Below, one piece after another: positions 35,398 to 50,697 of a DNA stretch of 64,000 nucleotides (positions are counted from its first letter, which is position 1; every line of letters begins with the position of its first letter). The notes beneath the pieces were generated by a model. It was not told the DNA's origin and made no database searches. It saw only the letters and a program-made list of their open reading frames with translations. Where the stretch lies: the NCBI GenBank assembly GCA_950097015.1, contig CATNEN010000038.1, positions 11,594,001 through 11,658,000 of the forward strand. The letters run 5' to 3'. The stretch is from Macrostomum hystrix. Its lineage: Eukaryota; Animalia; Platyhelminthes. A program made the position numbers and the translations under genes.

Positions 35398-35550
35398 TGA
35401 CAGCATTATCTGGGATAATTAAGGGTGGGTTCGGCGTCTCCACAGTCCATGGACTGAACAGCCGTACGCAGCCTTCAGATACGCTACGAAATAACTGCGG
35501 CTGTGCTGTGGGCTGCACACCCGGACCAAACGGGACAGGTGATACAAATA
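35398..35550 (+). mobile_element. SINE family B, 3' part
   Basis: Similar to the reverse complement of 315-480. Confidence 0.6.
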
Positions 35551-36394
35551 AAATTTTTCTTTATTATCGTCTGATGGATGCACATTTTTTTCTGTCATAA
35601 TGTTTCCGAACTCATTCTACTCATACTACTTAAAGTAGCGCAATGTGAGCTGGCATCTATTTAAACGTCTGAACTAATTTCTGTCCAAGAAAACGAAAAT
35701 AAATTTTTATATTTGTTTAAAAAATGAAGACATTCGAGTTTTCTTGAGTTAAATCCTAAAAATACTAAATATGTGCAATCAGCCCTACTAACCATAGTAA
35801 CGATTGCCGCGTTGTGACAGCAGTAAATACAAAAGACATCAATATTCGTATTTAGCCGTATCTCACAATGACCGAGCAGCATCTCAAGCTCCCAGTCTGA
35901 TGATGTTGTTGTAGTGCCATTACGCAACTTCAAAGGCGTCGGCGCCGCTGTTCAATAAATACAAGAGCGGACAGTATGTTTTTATTTAACATCAGCACTG
36001 AATTGCCCTCCCAAAGCCATCAACATTGCGAGTGATTTTACAACCAAATTTTAGGTACTGGACAATGTTTGCTTACAAAAAAAACTGCTTCGATACGGAG
36101 TCAGTGCGGCCCCAACTACTAAGCCTATCCGTGTTTTCACATCTTATCGGCCGCAAGCGGAGTCAGGAGAAGGAGAGCGAGAGAGCGGCCAAGTCGCCTT
36201 TGATGTTTTTTTCCTGCAGAAAATGTTCGCCTTCGCTGGCGTTGCCGCCTCTGAACCACTCAGCCAGGCCCTCGCGAAAAATACTAAGCGACGTCCGTGC
36301 TCATTGTTCGGCGGCCCGACCTTCATGCCAAGGTCCCGCCGCTGAAGCACTGGCCTTCCATTACTGAAGAACAGCCGAAAGTTTCAAATCGCTA

Positions 36395-37563
36395 AGTTTC
36401 TAGAATTGGTAAATTTCTAGAATCGGTAAATCTCTAGAATCGGTAAATTTCTAGAATCGGTAAATTTCTAGAATCGGTAAATCTCTAGAATCGGTAAATC
36501 TCTAGAATCGGTAAATCTCTAGAATCGGTAAATCTCTAGAATCGGTAAATCTCTAGAATCGGTAAATCTCTAGAATCGGTAAATCTCTAGAATCGGTAAA
36601 TTTCTAGAATCGGTAAATCTCTAGAATCGGTAAATCTCTAGAATCGGTAAATCTCTAGAATTGGTAAATCTCTAGAATCGGTAAATCTCTAGAATCGGTA
36701 AATCTCTAGAATCGGTAAATCTCTAGAATCGGTAAATTTCTAGAATCGGTAAATCTCTAGAATCGGTAAATCTCTAGAATCGGTAAATCTCTAGAATCGG
36801 TAAATCTCTAGAATCGGTAAATTTCTAGAATCGGTAAATCTCTAGAATCGGTAAATCTCTAGAATCGGTAAATCTCTAGAATTGGTAAATCTCTAGAATC
36901 GGTAAATCTCTAGAATCGGTAAATCTCTAGAATCGGTAAATCTCTAGAATCGGTAAATCTCTAGAATCGGTAAATCTCTAGAATCGGTAAATCTCTAGAA
37001 TCGGTAAATCTCTAGAATCGGTAAATCTCTAGAATCGGTAAATTTCTAGAATCGGTAAATCTCTAGAATCGGTAAATCTCTAGAATCGGTAAATCTCTAG
37101 AATCGGTAAATTTCTAGAATCGGTAAATCTCTAGAATCGGTAAATCTCTAGAATCGGTAAATCTCTAGAATTGGTAAATCTCTAGAATCGGTAAATCTCT
37201 AGAATCGGTAAATCTCTAGAATCGGTAAATCTCTAGAATCGGTAAATTTCTAGAATCGGTAAATCTCTAGAATCGGTAAATCTCTAGAATCGGTAAATCT
37301 CTAGAATCGGTAAATCTCTAGAATCGGTAAATTTCTAGAATCGGTAAATCTCTAGAATCGGTAAATCTCTAGAATCGGTAAATCTCTAGAATTGGTAAAT
37401 CTCTAGAATCGGTAAATCTCTAGAATCGGTAAATCTCTAGAATCGGTAAATCTCTAGAATCGGTAAATCTCTAGAATCGGTAAATCTCTAGAATCGGTAA
37501 ATCTCTAGAATCGGTAAATCTCTAGAATCGGTAAATCTCTAGAATCGGTAAATCTCTAGAATC
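36395..37563. repeat. 17-bp minisatellite AGAATCGGTAAATCTCT
   Basis: Direct tandem units. Confidence 0.95.
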
Positions 37564-37937
37564 GCTTCATTTCTATTATAGAACCGTGAAATTTCTGGAA
37601 TCTTCTAATTTAGAGCAATCTTGTATTTCTGGCTAAGCCGTAATCAATGAAAACTAGATTTCAGCAATTACAAGAATGCTTTGCCGCCTCGAGTCCTGAT
37701 CGCTGTCCAATTTGCTCAGCCAAACCTGAATAGCCTTTGACAAAATCGGTAACTCATTTTCGCCGCTCTGCCGCTTCAACACCTGCATCAGAGAATCCTG
37801 TTTGAACGTTAAAGAGAAGCATGCTTTGGCGAATGTTATTGGCGAGCAAATTAAACGTTGAAACACAACTTCACCTGAGACCCATTTTTCGGCGCTAGCC
37901 AAACTCCCGCTAGCTACTGTCTCCTTCTTTTACCTGA

Positions 37938-38680
<743 letters not shown>

Positions 38681-39484
38681 AGGGGTGTAATCCCAAGAGC
38701 CGCAGAACAGTTAAGGAGCTGGACAAACTGTGGCAGGCGCAATTTGATTGGCAGCCGTCAGTTAGCCCATTGCTAGTGTGAGACGCAGCAAGAACGGATT
38801 TTGATAAATTGCAGCTCTCTGCACCGGGGTGGGCGGGGCCCTGCGGAGTGAGGTTGGTGTCTTTGCGAAGTAAGTCAGACAGAGAGAGGGGAGAGGGGTG
38901 GGCCAGCTTGCTGCCCGCGACCCCATTACAATCTTCAACAAGCCCCTCTAATATATCCCTACGTTAGCTTCCCAATACTGGCCGGGCTCAAAAAGTGTTC
39001 TCGTATCGCACACCCCTACACGCATGAGGCCTCCTTGGCCGCGCAATGGCACTTGTGACTATCAATTTAGCCAGACTGACACTTCCTAATTGTTGCAAGA
39101 CTTTCACTCATTCTTTCAAATAATTTGCACCACCTTAGACCCAACAACAAGTAAATTTCACAATCCCTGCCCAAGTCACAGCCGAGCCTTGAATAAAATA
39201 AGTTTGTCGTGTCCTGCAAGAAGAAAGATTGCTGTGTCCTGAGGCAAATAAGCTTGATTTTTTTTATACAAAAAATTATCCAATCAAAGCAGCCTGAACC
39301 GCAGGTGCATGACGAGCTTGCAGTTGGTGCTTAGACTAAATCGCTTGTTATTCAAATAGGCTTTGAAATTGTAAGACTAAATTATCTTAGCCTGGCTATA
39401 AGTCTCGTAGCCTTTCTGATTGGCTGGAGCAATAAGGCTTGGGAAAAAAAACTAAGTCTGCCTCTAAGCCTGCCTCGCGACAAT

Positions 39485-39931
39485 GTAGACTCTATCATTA
39501 TTGAGTAGAGTCTATGATTGTTGAGTAGAGTCTATCATTGTTTAGTAGAGTCTATGATTGTTGAGTAGAGTCTATGATTGTTGAGTAGAGTCTATGCTTG
39601 TTGAGTAGAGTCTATGCTTGTTGAGTAGAGTCTATGATTGTTGAGTAGAGTCTATGCTTGTTGAGTAGAGTCTATCATTGTTTAGTAGAGTCTATGCTTG
39701 TTGAGTAGAGTCTATGATTGTTGAGTAGAGTCTATGATTGTTGAGTAGAGTCTATGATTGTTGAGTAGAGTCTATCATTGTTTAGTAGAGTCTATGCTTG
39801 TTGAGTAGAGTCTATGATTGTTGAGTAGAGTCTATGATTGTTGAGTAGAGTCTATGATTGTTGAGTAGAGTCTATGCTTGTTGAGTAGAGTCTATCATTG
39901 TTGAGTAGAGTCTATTATTATTGAGTAGAGT
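39485..39931. repeat. 20-bp minisatellite TCTATGATTGTTGAGTAGAG
   Basis: Direct tandem units. Confidence 0.95.
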
Positions 39932-40303
39932 TTGTTTCGTTTTCAATTCAGCAACTTTGAGGTGCTTTGGGGAAAACTGCGTACTAGGACCGACCGCACA
40001 GCACCCAGTGTTGTTCAGCTTTTGGTACAATATTTGTGGAAAACTGACATTAAGTAACCCCATTCGGAACTAACATTTTATCCCTCCTTTAGTGAAGCGA
40101 ACCCTATCATGGCTACAATTTTTATAATGTTAAATTGCCCTCTCGATCGCGGCATTTTTGCTCCTCTTCCAGTGTAGAGTAAAAGTTAACCACCAAATCA
40201 CACCCCTCCCAGGGACAGATACGGAGCAGACCTTACCAGTCCACTGCGGTGGGTCCAGTTGGCGACGGTAAGAAACTGAAAAATCCCTAAACTCCGCATG
40301 CGG

Positions 40304-40338
<35 letters not shown>

Positions 40339-40631
40339 GGTACCCGCAGGTATAAACGCAACTGCCTACCTTGCGACATTCGACTAACTGGGACTCGCTA
40401 TTGTAATTGAAACAGGGCGCCGCTAACGATGAAGCGCAGTTATTTTTGATTAAATAATTCCCGTACCACAACTCTGTTCTGGGGTGGTCCACGGTGTCTC
40501 GCAGCCACCGCTACATGTAGGCAAATCGATATAAAAATTTTTTATAAATTTCAGTGGAGCTTCATTTGATTTCTCAGAATTCAAGATAGCCCAACCCCAA
40601 AGGCGCAGCTTGAATTAAAAATGAATATAAT

Positions 40632-41641
40632 CAGTCAGTCACAGTCAGTCACAGTCAGTCACAGTCAGTCACAGTCATAGTCAGTCACAGTCACAGTCAT
40701 AGTCAGTCACAGTCAGTCACAGTCAGTCACAGTCAGTCACAGTCATAGTCAGTCACAGTCAGTCACAGTCAGTCACAGTCAGTCACAGTCAGTCACAGTC
40801 AGTCACAGTCATAGTCAGTCACAGTCAGTCACAGTCAGTCACAGTCAGTCACAGTCAGTCACAGTCAGTCACAGTCAGTCACAGTCAGTCACAGTCATAG
40901 TCAGTCACAGTCAGTCACAGTCAGTCACAGTCAGTCACAGTCAGTCACAGTCATAGTCAGTCACAGTCAGTCACAGTCAGTCACAGTCAGTCACAGTCAC
41001 AGTCATAGTCAGTCACAGTCAGTCACAGTCAGTCACAGTCACAGTCATAGTCAGTCACAGTCAGTCACAGTCAGCCACAGTCAGTCACAGTCAGTCACAG
41101 TCACAGTCATAGTCAGTCACAGTCAGTCACAGTCAGCCACAGTCAGTCACAGTCACAGTCAGTTACAGTCACAGTCAGTCACAGTCACAGTCAGTCACAG
41201 TCACAGTCAGTCACAGTCAGTCACAGTCAGTCACAGTCAGTCACAGTCATAGTCAGTCACAGTCAGTCACAGTCAGTCACAGTCAGTCACAGTCACAGTC
41301 ATAGTCAGTCACAGTCAGTCACAGTCAGTCACAGTCACAGTCATAGTCAGTCACAGTCAGTCACAGTCAGCCACAGTCAGTCACAGTCAGTCACAGTCAC
41401 AGTCATAGTCAGTCACAGTCAGTCACAGTCACAGTCAGTCACAGTCACAGTCAGTCACAGTCAGTCACAGTCAGTCACAGTCAGTCACAGTCAGTCACAG
41501 TCACAGTCAGTCACAGTCACAGTCAGTCACAGTCAGTCACAGTCAGTCACAGTCAGTCACAGTCACAGTCAGTCACAGTCAGTCACAGTCAGTCACAGTC
41601 ACAGTCACAGTCACAGTCAGTCACAGTCAGTCACAGTCACA
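40632..41641. repeat. ACAGTCAGTC / ACAGTC simple repeat
   Basis: Directly visible. Confidence 0.95.
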
Positions 41642-42309
41642 ATAATTTTGTTAATAGTAGTTTTTCGGTTAATCCCACTCGCTGGGAAGATTGATAAAAA
41701 ATGGATAAAAGCAGACTGAAGAGCAGTCGGGAATGAGCTCAAAGCAGAAACACTGTTCAGGCGCACGTTCCAATAGATAACGGGCAACTTTTCTTAGAAA
41801 AAATTCCACTAGTAAGGTATTAGGCCTGTGCTTGACTTTGGTTGGCGGCTGTGTGTGGGGTTATTTTATTACACCTGCCAGCCTATAGCTATCTGCTGAT
41901 TTGGGGTCGGTATCAGGGCCAGACTGTTGCATTTCCCCCTCTATCGAAATCAGCCCATGCTGTCCATACAATCGTGACAGACTCCCAAATTTTGTGGACC
42001 GCCGGACTTACAGCAATGTGTCACAGTCACCCGGGAAGGCATTTTGAAGTTTTAACTGTTGCCGCATTGTTGGACTAATTTTAGGACGTGACAAAAAGTA
42101 ATATTTTGTCCGTTGCTAGCACTTGTAGTTGTTGGAATGCTTACTATATTCACAGTTGAAATTGTGACAGCTGCTTAATCTATATATTGCTTAGCATACT
42201 AGTTCTAAGTAATTCTCTGATTTATTTGTGTTACAAATAGAACAATATTCAATAACTAGTTTCCCCCAATTCACAATTTTCACAATCCACAATTCTAAAA
42301 TCTTAAGTT

Positions 42310-45128
42310 TCCACAATCCACAGTATTTATAATCCGCAGTATCCATAATCCACAGTATCCATAATCCACAGTTTCCATAATCCACAGCATTCATAATCCA
42401 CAGTTTCCATAATCCACAGTATCCATAATCCACAGTATCCATAATCCACAGTATCCATAATCCACAGTATCCATAATCCACAGTATTCATGATCCAGTTT
42501 CCATAATCCACAGTATTCATAATCCACAGTATTCATAATCCACAGTTTCCATAATCCACAGTTTCCATAATCCACAGTATTCATAGTCCACAGTTTCCAT
42601 AATCCACAGTATTCATAATCCACAGTATTCATAATCCACAGTATTCATAATCCACAGTATTCATAATCCACAGTATTCATAATCCACAGTATTCATAGTC
42701 CACAGTTTCCATAATCCACAGTTTCCATAATCCACAGTTTCCATAATCCACAGTATTCATAATCCACAGTATTCATAGTCCACAGTTTCCATAATCCACA
42801 GTATTCATAATCCACAGTATTCATAATCCACAGTATTCATAATCCACAGTATTCATAATCCACAGTTTCCATAATCCACAGTATCCATAATCCACAGTTT
42901 CCATAATCCACAGTATTCATAATCCACAGTTTCCATAATCCACAGTATTCATAATCCACAGTATTCATAATCCACAGTATTCATAATCCACAGTATTCAT
43001 AATCCACAGTATTCATAATCCACAGTATTCATAATCCACAGTATCCATAATCCACAGTATTCATAATCCACAGTTTCCATAATCCACAGTATTCATAATC
43101 CACAGTATTCATAATCCACAGTATTCATAATCCACAGTATTCATAATCCACAGTATTCATAATCCACAGTTTCCATAATCCACAGTATTCATAATCCACA
43201 GTATCCATAATCCACAGTATCCATAATCCACAGTATCCATAATCCACAGCATTCATAATCCACAGTATCCATAATCCACAGTATCCATAATCCACAGTTT
43301 CCATAATCCACAGTATTCATAATCCACAGTATCCATAATGCACAGCATTTATAATCCACAGTTTCCATAATCCACAGTTTCCATAATCCACAGTATTCAT
43401 AATCCACAGTTTCCATAATCCACAGTATCCATAATCCACAGTTTCCATAATCCACAGTTTCCATAATCCACAGTATTCATAATCCACAGTTTCCATAATC
43501 CACAGTTTCCATAATCCACAGTTTCCATAATCCACAGTATTCATAATCCACAGTTTCCATAATCCACAGTATCCATAATCCACAGTTTCCATAATCCACA
43601 GTTTCCATAATCCACAGTATCCATAATCCACAGTTTCCATAATCCACAGTTTCCATAATCCACAGTTTCCATAATCCACAGTTTCCATAATCCACAGTTT
43701 CCATAATCCACAGTATTCATAATCCACAGTTTCCATAATCCACAGTATTCATAATCCACAGTTTCCATAATCCACAGTATTCATAATCCACAGTTTCCAT
43801 AATCCACAGTATTCATAATCCACAGTTTCCATAATCCACAGTATTCATAATCCACAGTATCCATAATCCACAGTATCCATAATCCACAGTTTCCATAATC
43901 CACAGTTTCCATAATCCACAGTTTCCATAATCCACAGTATTCATAATCCACAGTATTCATAATCCACAGTATCCATAATCCACAGTATTCATAATCTACA
44001 GTATCCATAATCCACAGTATTCATAATCCACAGTATTCATAATCCACAGTTTCCATAATCCACAGTATTCATAATCCACAGTATTCATAATCCACAGTAT
44101 TCATAATCCACAGTATTCATAATCCACAGTTTCCATAATCCACAGTATTCATAATCCACAGTTTCCATAATCCACAGTATTCATAATCCACAGTATTCAT
44201 AATCCACAGTATTCATAATCCACAGTATCCATAATCCACAGTATTCATAATCTACAGTATCCATAATCCACAGTATTCATAATCCACAGTATTCATAATC
44301 CACAGTATCCATAATCCACAGTATCCATAATCCACAGTATTCATAATCCACAGTATTCATAATCTACAGTATCCATAATCCACAGTATTCATAATCCACA
44401 GTTTCCATAATCCACAGTATTCATAATCCACAGTATTCATAATCCACAGTTTCCATAATCCACAGTATTCATAATCCACAGTATCCATAATCCACAGTAT
44501 TCATAATCCACAGTTTCCATAATCCACAGTATTCATAATCCACAGTATTCATAATCCACAGTATTCATAATCCACAGTATCCATAATCCACAGTATTCAT
44601 AATCTACAGTATCCATAATCCACAGTATTCATAATCCACAGTATTCATAATCCACAGTATCCATAATCCACAGTATTCATAATCTACAGTATCCATAATT
44701 CACAGTATTCATAATCCACAGTTTCCATAATCCACAGTATTCATAATCCACAGTTTCCATAATCCACAGTATTCATAATCCACAGTATCCATAATCCACA
44801 GTATTCATAATCCACAGTATTCATAATCCACAGTTTCCATAATCCACAGTATTCATAATCCACAGTATTCATAATCCACAGTTTCCATAATCCACAGTTT
44901 CCATAATCTACAGTTTCCATAATCCACAGTTTCCATAATCCACAGTTTCCATAATCCACAGTATTCATAATCCACAGTTTCCATAATCCACAGTATCCAT
45001 AATCCACAGTTTCCATAATCCACAGTATTGATAATCCACAGTATTCATAATCCACAATATTCATAATCCACAGTTTCCATAATCCACAGTTTCCATAATC
45101 CACAGTATCCATAATCCACAGTATCCAC
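42310..45128. repeat. 16-bp minisatellite ATAATCCACAGT(A/T)T(T/C)C
   Basis: About 2.8 kb of tandem units. Confidence 0.97.
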
Positions 45129-45475
45129 AGGCTTGGCCATCTGTCTGGGGTGGAGAGGGTGTGTGTCTGAGCCAAAGTCGACCGGCGTCACCCTCTATCC
45201 CAAGCCAGCCAATCAGGAAGCCAGGAAAAGAAAATGTGACTTCGTTCAGCCCGTTAAATACGATTCTTCAATTGGGGCCCCTATAAGCTTTTCCTTTTGT
45301 AGGGACAATAAAGCTGTCTGTTTAGTCAGCAAAACAAAATAAATTTTGTTGTGAATTTAAAATAAGAAACAGGCACTCCACTGAAGCTTTGCTTTGAATA
45401 ATCAAATTCGCTAAACTATTTTGTGGAACCCATCTTTTAGTTAGTAGATAAAAATTCAGGCCAGGAGCAGCAAAA

Positions 45476-45817
45476 ATGGGCATTTTTCCTAAAATTGCTC
45501 CCGGCCGAGTTCTGGTCCTGGTGTGTCCGCTGTGTTCATTCGTCACGCATCATATTGACCGTCTCGAGGAGCACTACACTGATCGCCATGCGCCAAGTAG
45601 CGGCTCGCGCTGCTTCACACTGCACCTGTGCAGCCTGTGTGATCGCCTGACCAACTCTGCCGAGTTTGTTGCCGAGCACTGCTCAGTGACGCATCCTGGT
45701 CAGGACGCGTCCAAGATTGTTGCCGCCGTCTTTCAGGCCTGGTTAAAGGCTCCGCATTGCGCTGATTCTTCGGCGTTTCGTCAACACGAACAGCTTAATT
45801 ATCACCATTATCATCAT

Positions 45818-45857
<40 letters not shown>

Positions 45858-48101
45858 TACCAGTTCGCATCTGCCTGTTCTGTCCCTATGCGGCGAGCAG
45901 CTGGGAGGACTATAGTCGGCACATGGAGTTCCACGGCCTGAAGAATCTGGTTCTCGGCGGACTGGTTGAGTCTCCTCGGCCTCACCAGGTAAGAGTGCCT
46001 GTTGATTCTCAAAGAAACGAGAGATTAGGTTAGGTAGATAGATCCGAGAAGATGATGCAGATAGATCTAAAAAGATTATGCAGATAGATCTAAAAAGATT
46101 ATGTAGATAGATCTGGGAAGATGGGGCAGATAGATCTGGGAAGATAGGGCAGATAGATCTGAGAAGATGGGGCAGATAGATCTGAGAAGATAGGGCAGAT
46201 AGATCTGAGAAGATAGGGCAGATAGATCTGGGAAGATGGGGCAGATAGATCTAAAAAGATTATGCAGATAGATCTAAAAAGATTATGCAGATAGATCTGG
46301 GAAGATGGGGCAGATAGATCTGGGAAGATGGGGCAGATAGATCTGAGTAGATAAGGCCGATAAATTTAGGAAGGCAGATTTTAACGTTGCGCGAAGTAAA
46401 ATGACCTTAGATGTTCATGATCTCGTAATTAAAGTTCAAGTTAAAGTTCAACTACTTTAATTTGAGATCCGTCAGGATCTGGGATCAGGATCTGGGATCA
46501 GGATCTGGGATCAGGATCTGGGATCAGGATCTGGGATCAGGATCTGGGATCAGGATCTGGGATCAGGATCTGGGATCAGGATCTGGGATCAAGATCTGGG
46601 ATCAGGATCTGGGATCAGGATCTGGGATCAGGATCTGGGATCAGGATCTGGGATCAGGATCTGGGATCAGGATCTGGGATCAGGATCTGGGATCAGGATC
46701 TGGGATCAGGATCTGGGATCAGGATCTGGGATCAGGATCTGGGATCAGGATCTGGGATCAGGATCTGGGATCAGGATCTGGGATCAGGATCTGGGATCAG
46801 GATCTGGGATCAGGATCTGGGATCAGAATCTGGGATCAGGATCTGGGATCAGGATCTGGGATTCCGATTTCATACGTTTCATAAACAACATGGCCGTCTT
46901 TCATTGGCAGGGCAATGGCATAGCCACTGCTGGCATTAGCGGCAATTCATACCAAAGCTTCGACCCAGTCAGCCTGAAGACAAAGCGTGAGAGTCGGGCA
47001 ATCAGCTCTCCAACGCCGACAGGATCCGCCGCTGCAGCCGCGGCTGTTGAAGATGGCGCAATCGAGGGCGTCTCATCCACCTGCTGCTCAAACACGGCTG
47101 GCGGCGACGTGATCGACGCCACACCGACACCGGCAACCGATGATGATGAGGCCGAGGCAGAGGACGAAGCTGTAGTGGCCGCCGCCGCTGAAATCGAGGA
47201 CGACGACAACGAAGACGATGGCATAGACGAGAGCAACTTTGAAGACGGCAGTCGTAGCCCTCTGGACCTGTGCCAGCCGACCTTCTCCTCCTCCGTCTTG
47301 CCGTCTAGCGGCGCTTCGTCGGCGTCCTTCCATGGGGATCATTCGGCGATGCCGCCGCCGACCGTGACAGCAGCCGCCTACGCGGCGGCAGCTGGGTTTC
47401 CATTCCTGACGCCAATGGCAATGCATCACTCGCTCCTTAGTGGCGCCGTCAACACGAGCTTCTCACAGAATCAGCGATCCTCACATCAGCAGGTGACGCC
47501 GGCTACGGCATCTTTATTCCTTCAGCAGCAGCAGCAGCAGCAGCATCATCATCATCATTTGTTAGCGCCGCCATCAACTATACCTAGCCATGGCACTAAA
47601 ACATTGCCGAATTCAGCATCTAGAAGCCCGACGTCGATTCAAAGCGACGCTTCGTCCTCGGTCGCGGAGTCGGCTTCCCGTCAGCCGGACTGGTGCGCAA
47701 TCAGGCGCGGCTCTCGGCCCAACCTGCCCTATTCGGCGCGGCGCAAGCTATTCCACTGGCTGGCCACCCACCTGAGCCAGCCTTATCCGTCTGAGGAGCA
47801 GAAGGAGTATCTAGCCAGGGACACCCAGCTCAGCAAGACTACAGTAAATAACTGGTTCATCAATGCGAGGAGGCGCTATTTGAAGCCGCTGCAGGAGGGC
47901 CGGATTGTGCCCGGCTTCGACTTGTTCCGCGCGGCGGGCCTGAAAGCTCCGTATCCGTTGCAGCCGGCGCTGCAGCCGCTTCTGGCACTGCCTCCGCCGC
48001 GGCCAATACCGCGTCCGATTGCGCAGTCTGCCATTTCTCAGCCGCCACCGCTGCTGCCTGTACTGAAACAATCGAATGAGAGCGGAAAGCTCAATCAATA
48101 G
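45476..48101 (+). CDS. C2H2 zinc-finger plus TALE-class homeodomain protein, exons 45476-45988 and 46911-48101, ~567 aa
   Basis: Exon 1 has three CxxC..H..H fingers. Exon 2 has HLSQPYPSEEQK...VNNWFINARRRY (TALE PYP loop, I50). CAG|GTAAGA donor and TGGCAG|GGC acceptor are both phase 0. Confidence 0.8.
46035..46861. repeat. Intronic minisatellites: 23-mer GCAGATAGATCTGAGAAGATGGG and 13-mer CAGGATCTGGGAT
   Basis: Direct tandem units. Confidence 0.9.
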
Positions 48102-48259
48102 ACTGATCGCAAATTAACGACCCTGGGACAAAACAATGGGTCTAGTCATCTTGAACTGAAAGATTTCTAATTCACTTGATTACAAAATTCTAAATTGTGT
48201 TTGTCTCTATCTAATTAAAAATATTGATTAAACCCACCTGTTTAAATTAGGCGATAAAA

Positions 48260-48735
48260 CACCAGATAATTGCTGTAGGATATTACGCACCTGATAATTG
48301 CTGTAGAAAATTACACACCTGATAATTGCTGTAGAAAATTACACACCTGATAATTGCTGTTAGAGATGACACACCTGATAATTGCTGTTGGAGATAACAC
48401 ACCTGATAATTGCTGTAGAAAATTACACACCTGATAATTGCTGTAGAAAATTACACACCTGATAATTGCTGTAGAAAATTACACACCTGATAATTGCTGT
48501 AGGAGATTGCACACCTGATAACTGCTGTTGGAGATTGCACACCTGATAATTGCTGTAGGAGATTGCACACCTGATAATTGCTGTAGGAGATTGCACACCT
48601 GATAACTGCTGTTGGAGATTGCACACCTGATAATTGCTGTAGGAGATTGCACACCTGATAACTGCTGTTGGAGATTGCACACCTGATAATTGCTGTAGGA
48701 GATAACACACCTGATAATTGCTGTAGAAAATTACA
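48260..48735. repeat. 28-bp minisatellite CACACCTGATAATTGCTGTAGGAGATTG
   Basis: Direct tandem units. Confidence 0.9.
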
Positions 48736-49299
48736 GATAAATGTTGTAGGAGATCGCACCATTGCAACGTCTTGATGCTTCTTTTTTTCTTAATAAAATA
48801 GAGTTTGTTGGTTTGTGTTGTGCCAATTTTTCTGTGTTTGTAAATCTCGTTTTTATGTAATCTACACTTTATGTACCTTTATGTGCTAAGAAAAAAACTG
48901 AGCGAAAAAAACCTTTTTTCATTTTCCCTGCAAATCTTGGTTTCGTCAATTGAGAATGAATTACGCAGCCGTCCCTTTTGTTTTTGCCTTTCGTTTGCGT
49001 TAAAATTTGAAGGTCATGCCACGACAGTTTTTAGTCACAGAGCGGCTGTTCAGAGCCAACCATTGTCCGATTTCCATTTGCTGTTTTTGTGCAACGGCTT
49101 GTATAACCTAGTTTCTCGGCCGTCTTGTCCTAGCGGCGTAAATGTCGAAACCGCGTGTTTATGAACAAAAATAAATGCGTAACTATGCAGGTCAGCTATT
49201 GTCTGCTTGACCCACAAAAATGTCAATTAATAAGTTAGTCCTTCATTCGAAAATGTATTCTCTACACATCTGATAAATAGTCATGTAACACTCTTACTC

Positions 49300-50065
49300 T
49301 CCAACCACCTCACTCCACCAGCCTTCTCACTCCGCCCAGCCACCTCACTCCGCCTAGCAACCTCACTTCATCAGCGACCTCACTGACAAGACAACAAACT
49401 TCACCAGCCACCTTTGTCCACCAGCCACCTCATTCGCTAGCCACCTCACTCCATCAGCCACCTGACTGACAAGACAACTAACTTCACCAGCCACCTCAGT
49501 CCACCAGCCACCTCATTCGCTAGCCACCTCACTCCATCAGCCACCTCACTGACAAGACAACTAACTTCACCAGCCACCTCAGTCCACCAGCCACCTCATT
49601 CGCTAGCCACCTCACTCCATCAGCCACCTCACTGACAAGACAACTAACTTCACCAGCCTCACTCCATCAGCCACCTCACTGACAAGACAACTAACTTCAC
49701 CAGCCACCTCATTCCCTAGCCACTTCACTGACAAGACAACTAACTTCACCAGCCACCTCATTCCCTAGCCACCTCACTCGATCAGCTACTTCACTCCATC
49801 AGCCACCTCACTCCATCAGCCACCTCACTCCATCAGCCACCTCACTCCATCAGCCACTTCACTCCATGAGCCACTTCACTCCATCAGCCACCTCACTCCA
49901 TCAGCCACTTCACTCCATCAGCCACTTCACTCCATCAGCCACCTCACTCCATCAGCCACTTCACTCCATCAGCCACCTCACTCCATCAGCCACTTCAATC
50001 CATCAGCCACCTCACTCCATCAGCCACTTCACTCCATCAGCCACCTCACTCCATCAGCCACCTTA
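49300..50065. repeat. 17-bp-based minisatellite CATCAGCCACCTCACTC
   Basis: Direct tandem units with longer composite units in the 5' part. Confidence 0.9.
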
Positions 50066-50697
50066 CTCCCGGGGGGAGAGCCGGGGGAGAAGAAAATATG
50101 CAAAATCTATTTATGATGAGAAACGAGCACCCAGAAAATAACGCGGCCTAGCCAATAAGACGGCAGTAAACAGGCAAATTTATTTGCGATCCGTTGGATA
50201 ACACCTTTGATTCTTGAGAAGCACCAGCAAAACATGTTAAAACTGTGAAATGACGGTGTTGAAAGCAACAAATATAGTAAACTGTACGAGAGTATTAGGT
50301 CCCGTAAAGATTTACCAGGCAGTAAAAATCTGGAATAAATCAAATATACTTATCAACGATTTTAGAATTCAAAATTTCAGGATTACGGGAGCCTAATAGG
50401 GAGGGCTTAAAGTACAGAAGTAGTGATTTAGGAATCTATGTTTTTTTTAATTGTTATTTTACGAGCAAACCTCTTGGCGATTAATAAATGGAGAGTTCGC
50501 ATTGAAAAAGAAAATATCTAGGCTCGTATGGGATATTCCTTACTATTCAATTAGCATGCGCAAGTATTACTAGTAGTAGTAAAAACCGAAGTGAAAAACA
50601 ACAGTCTAGTCGATGGCTATACAGATGGTTTCTACTTGGATATGCTGGGCCTGAGTACCTGGCAAGCCCTAGTATAATTCTCTGCGTGATGAGGGAG

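Noticed and set aside
36100-37900. Possible exons flanking the 17-bp array (e.g. DSLMQVLKRQ...IAEI on the minus strand)
   Set aside because: No consistent spliced frame or recognisable domain could be assembled.
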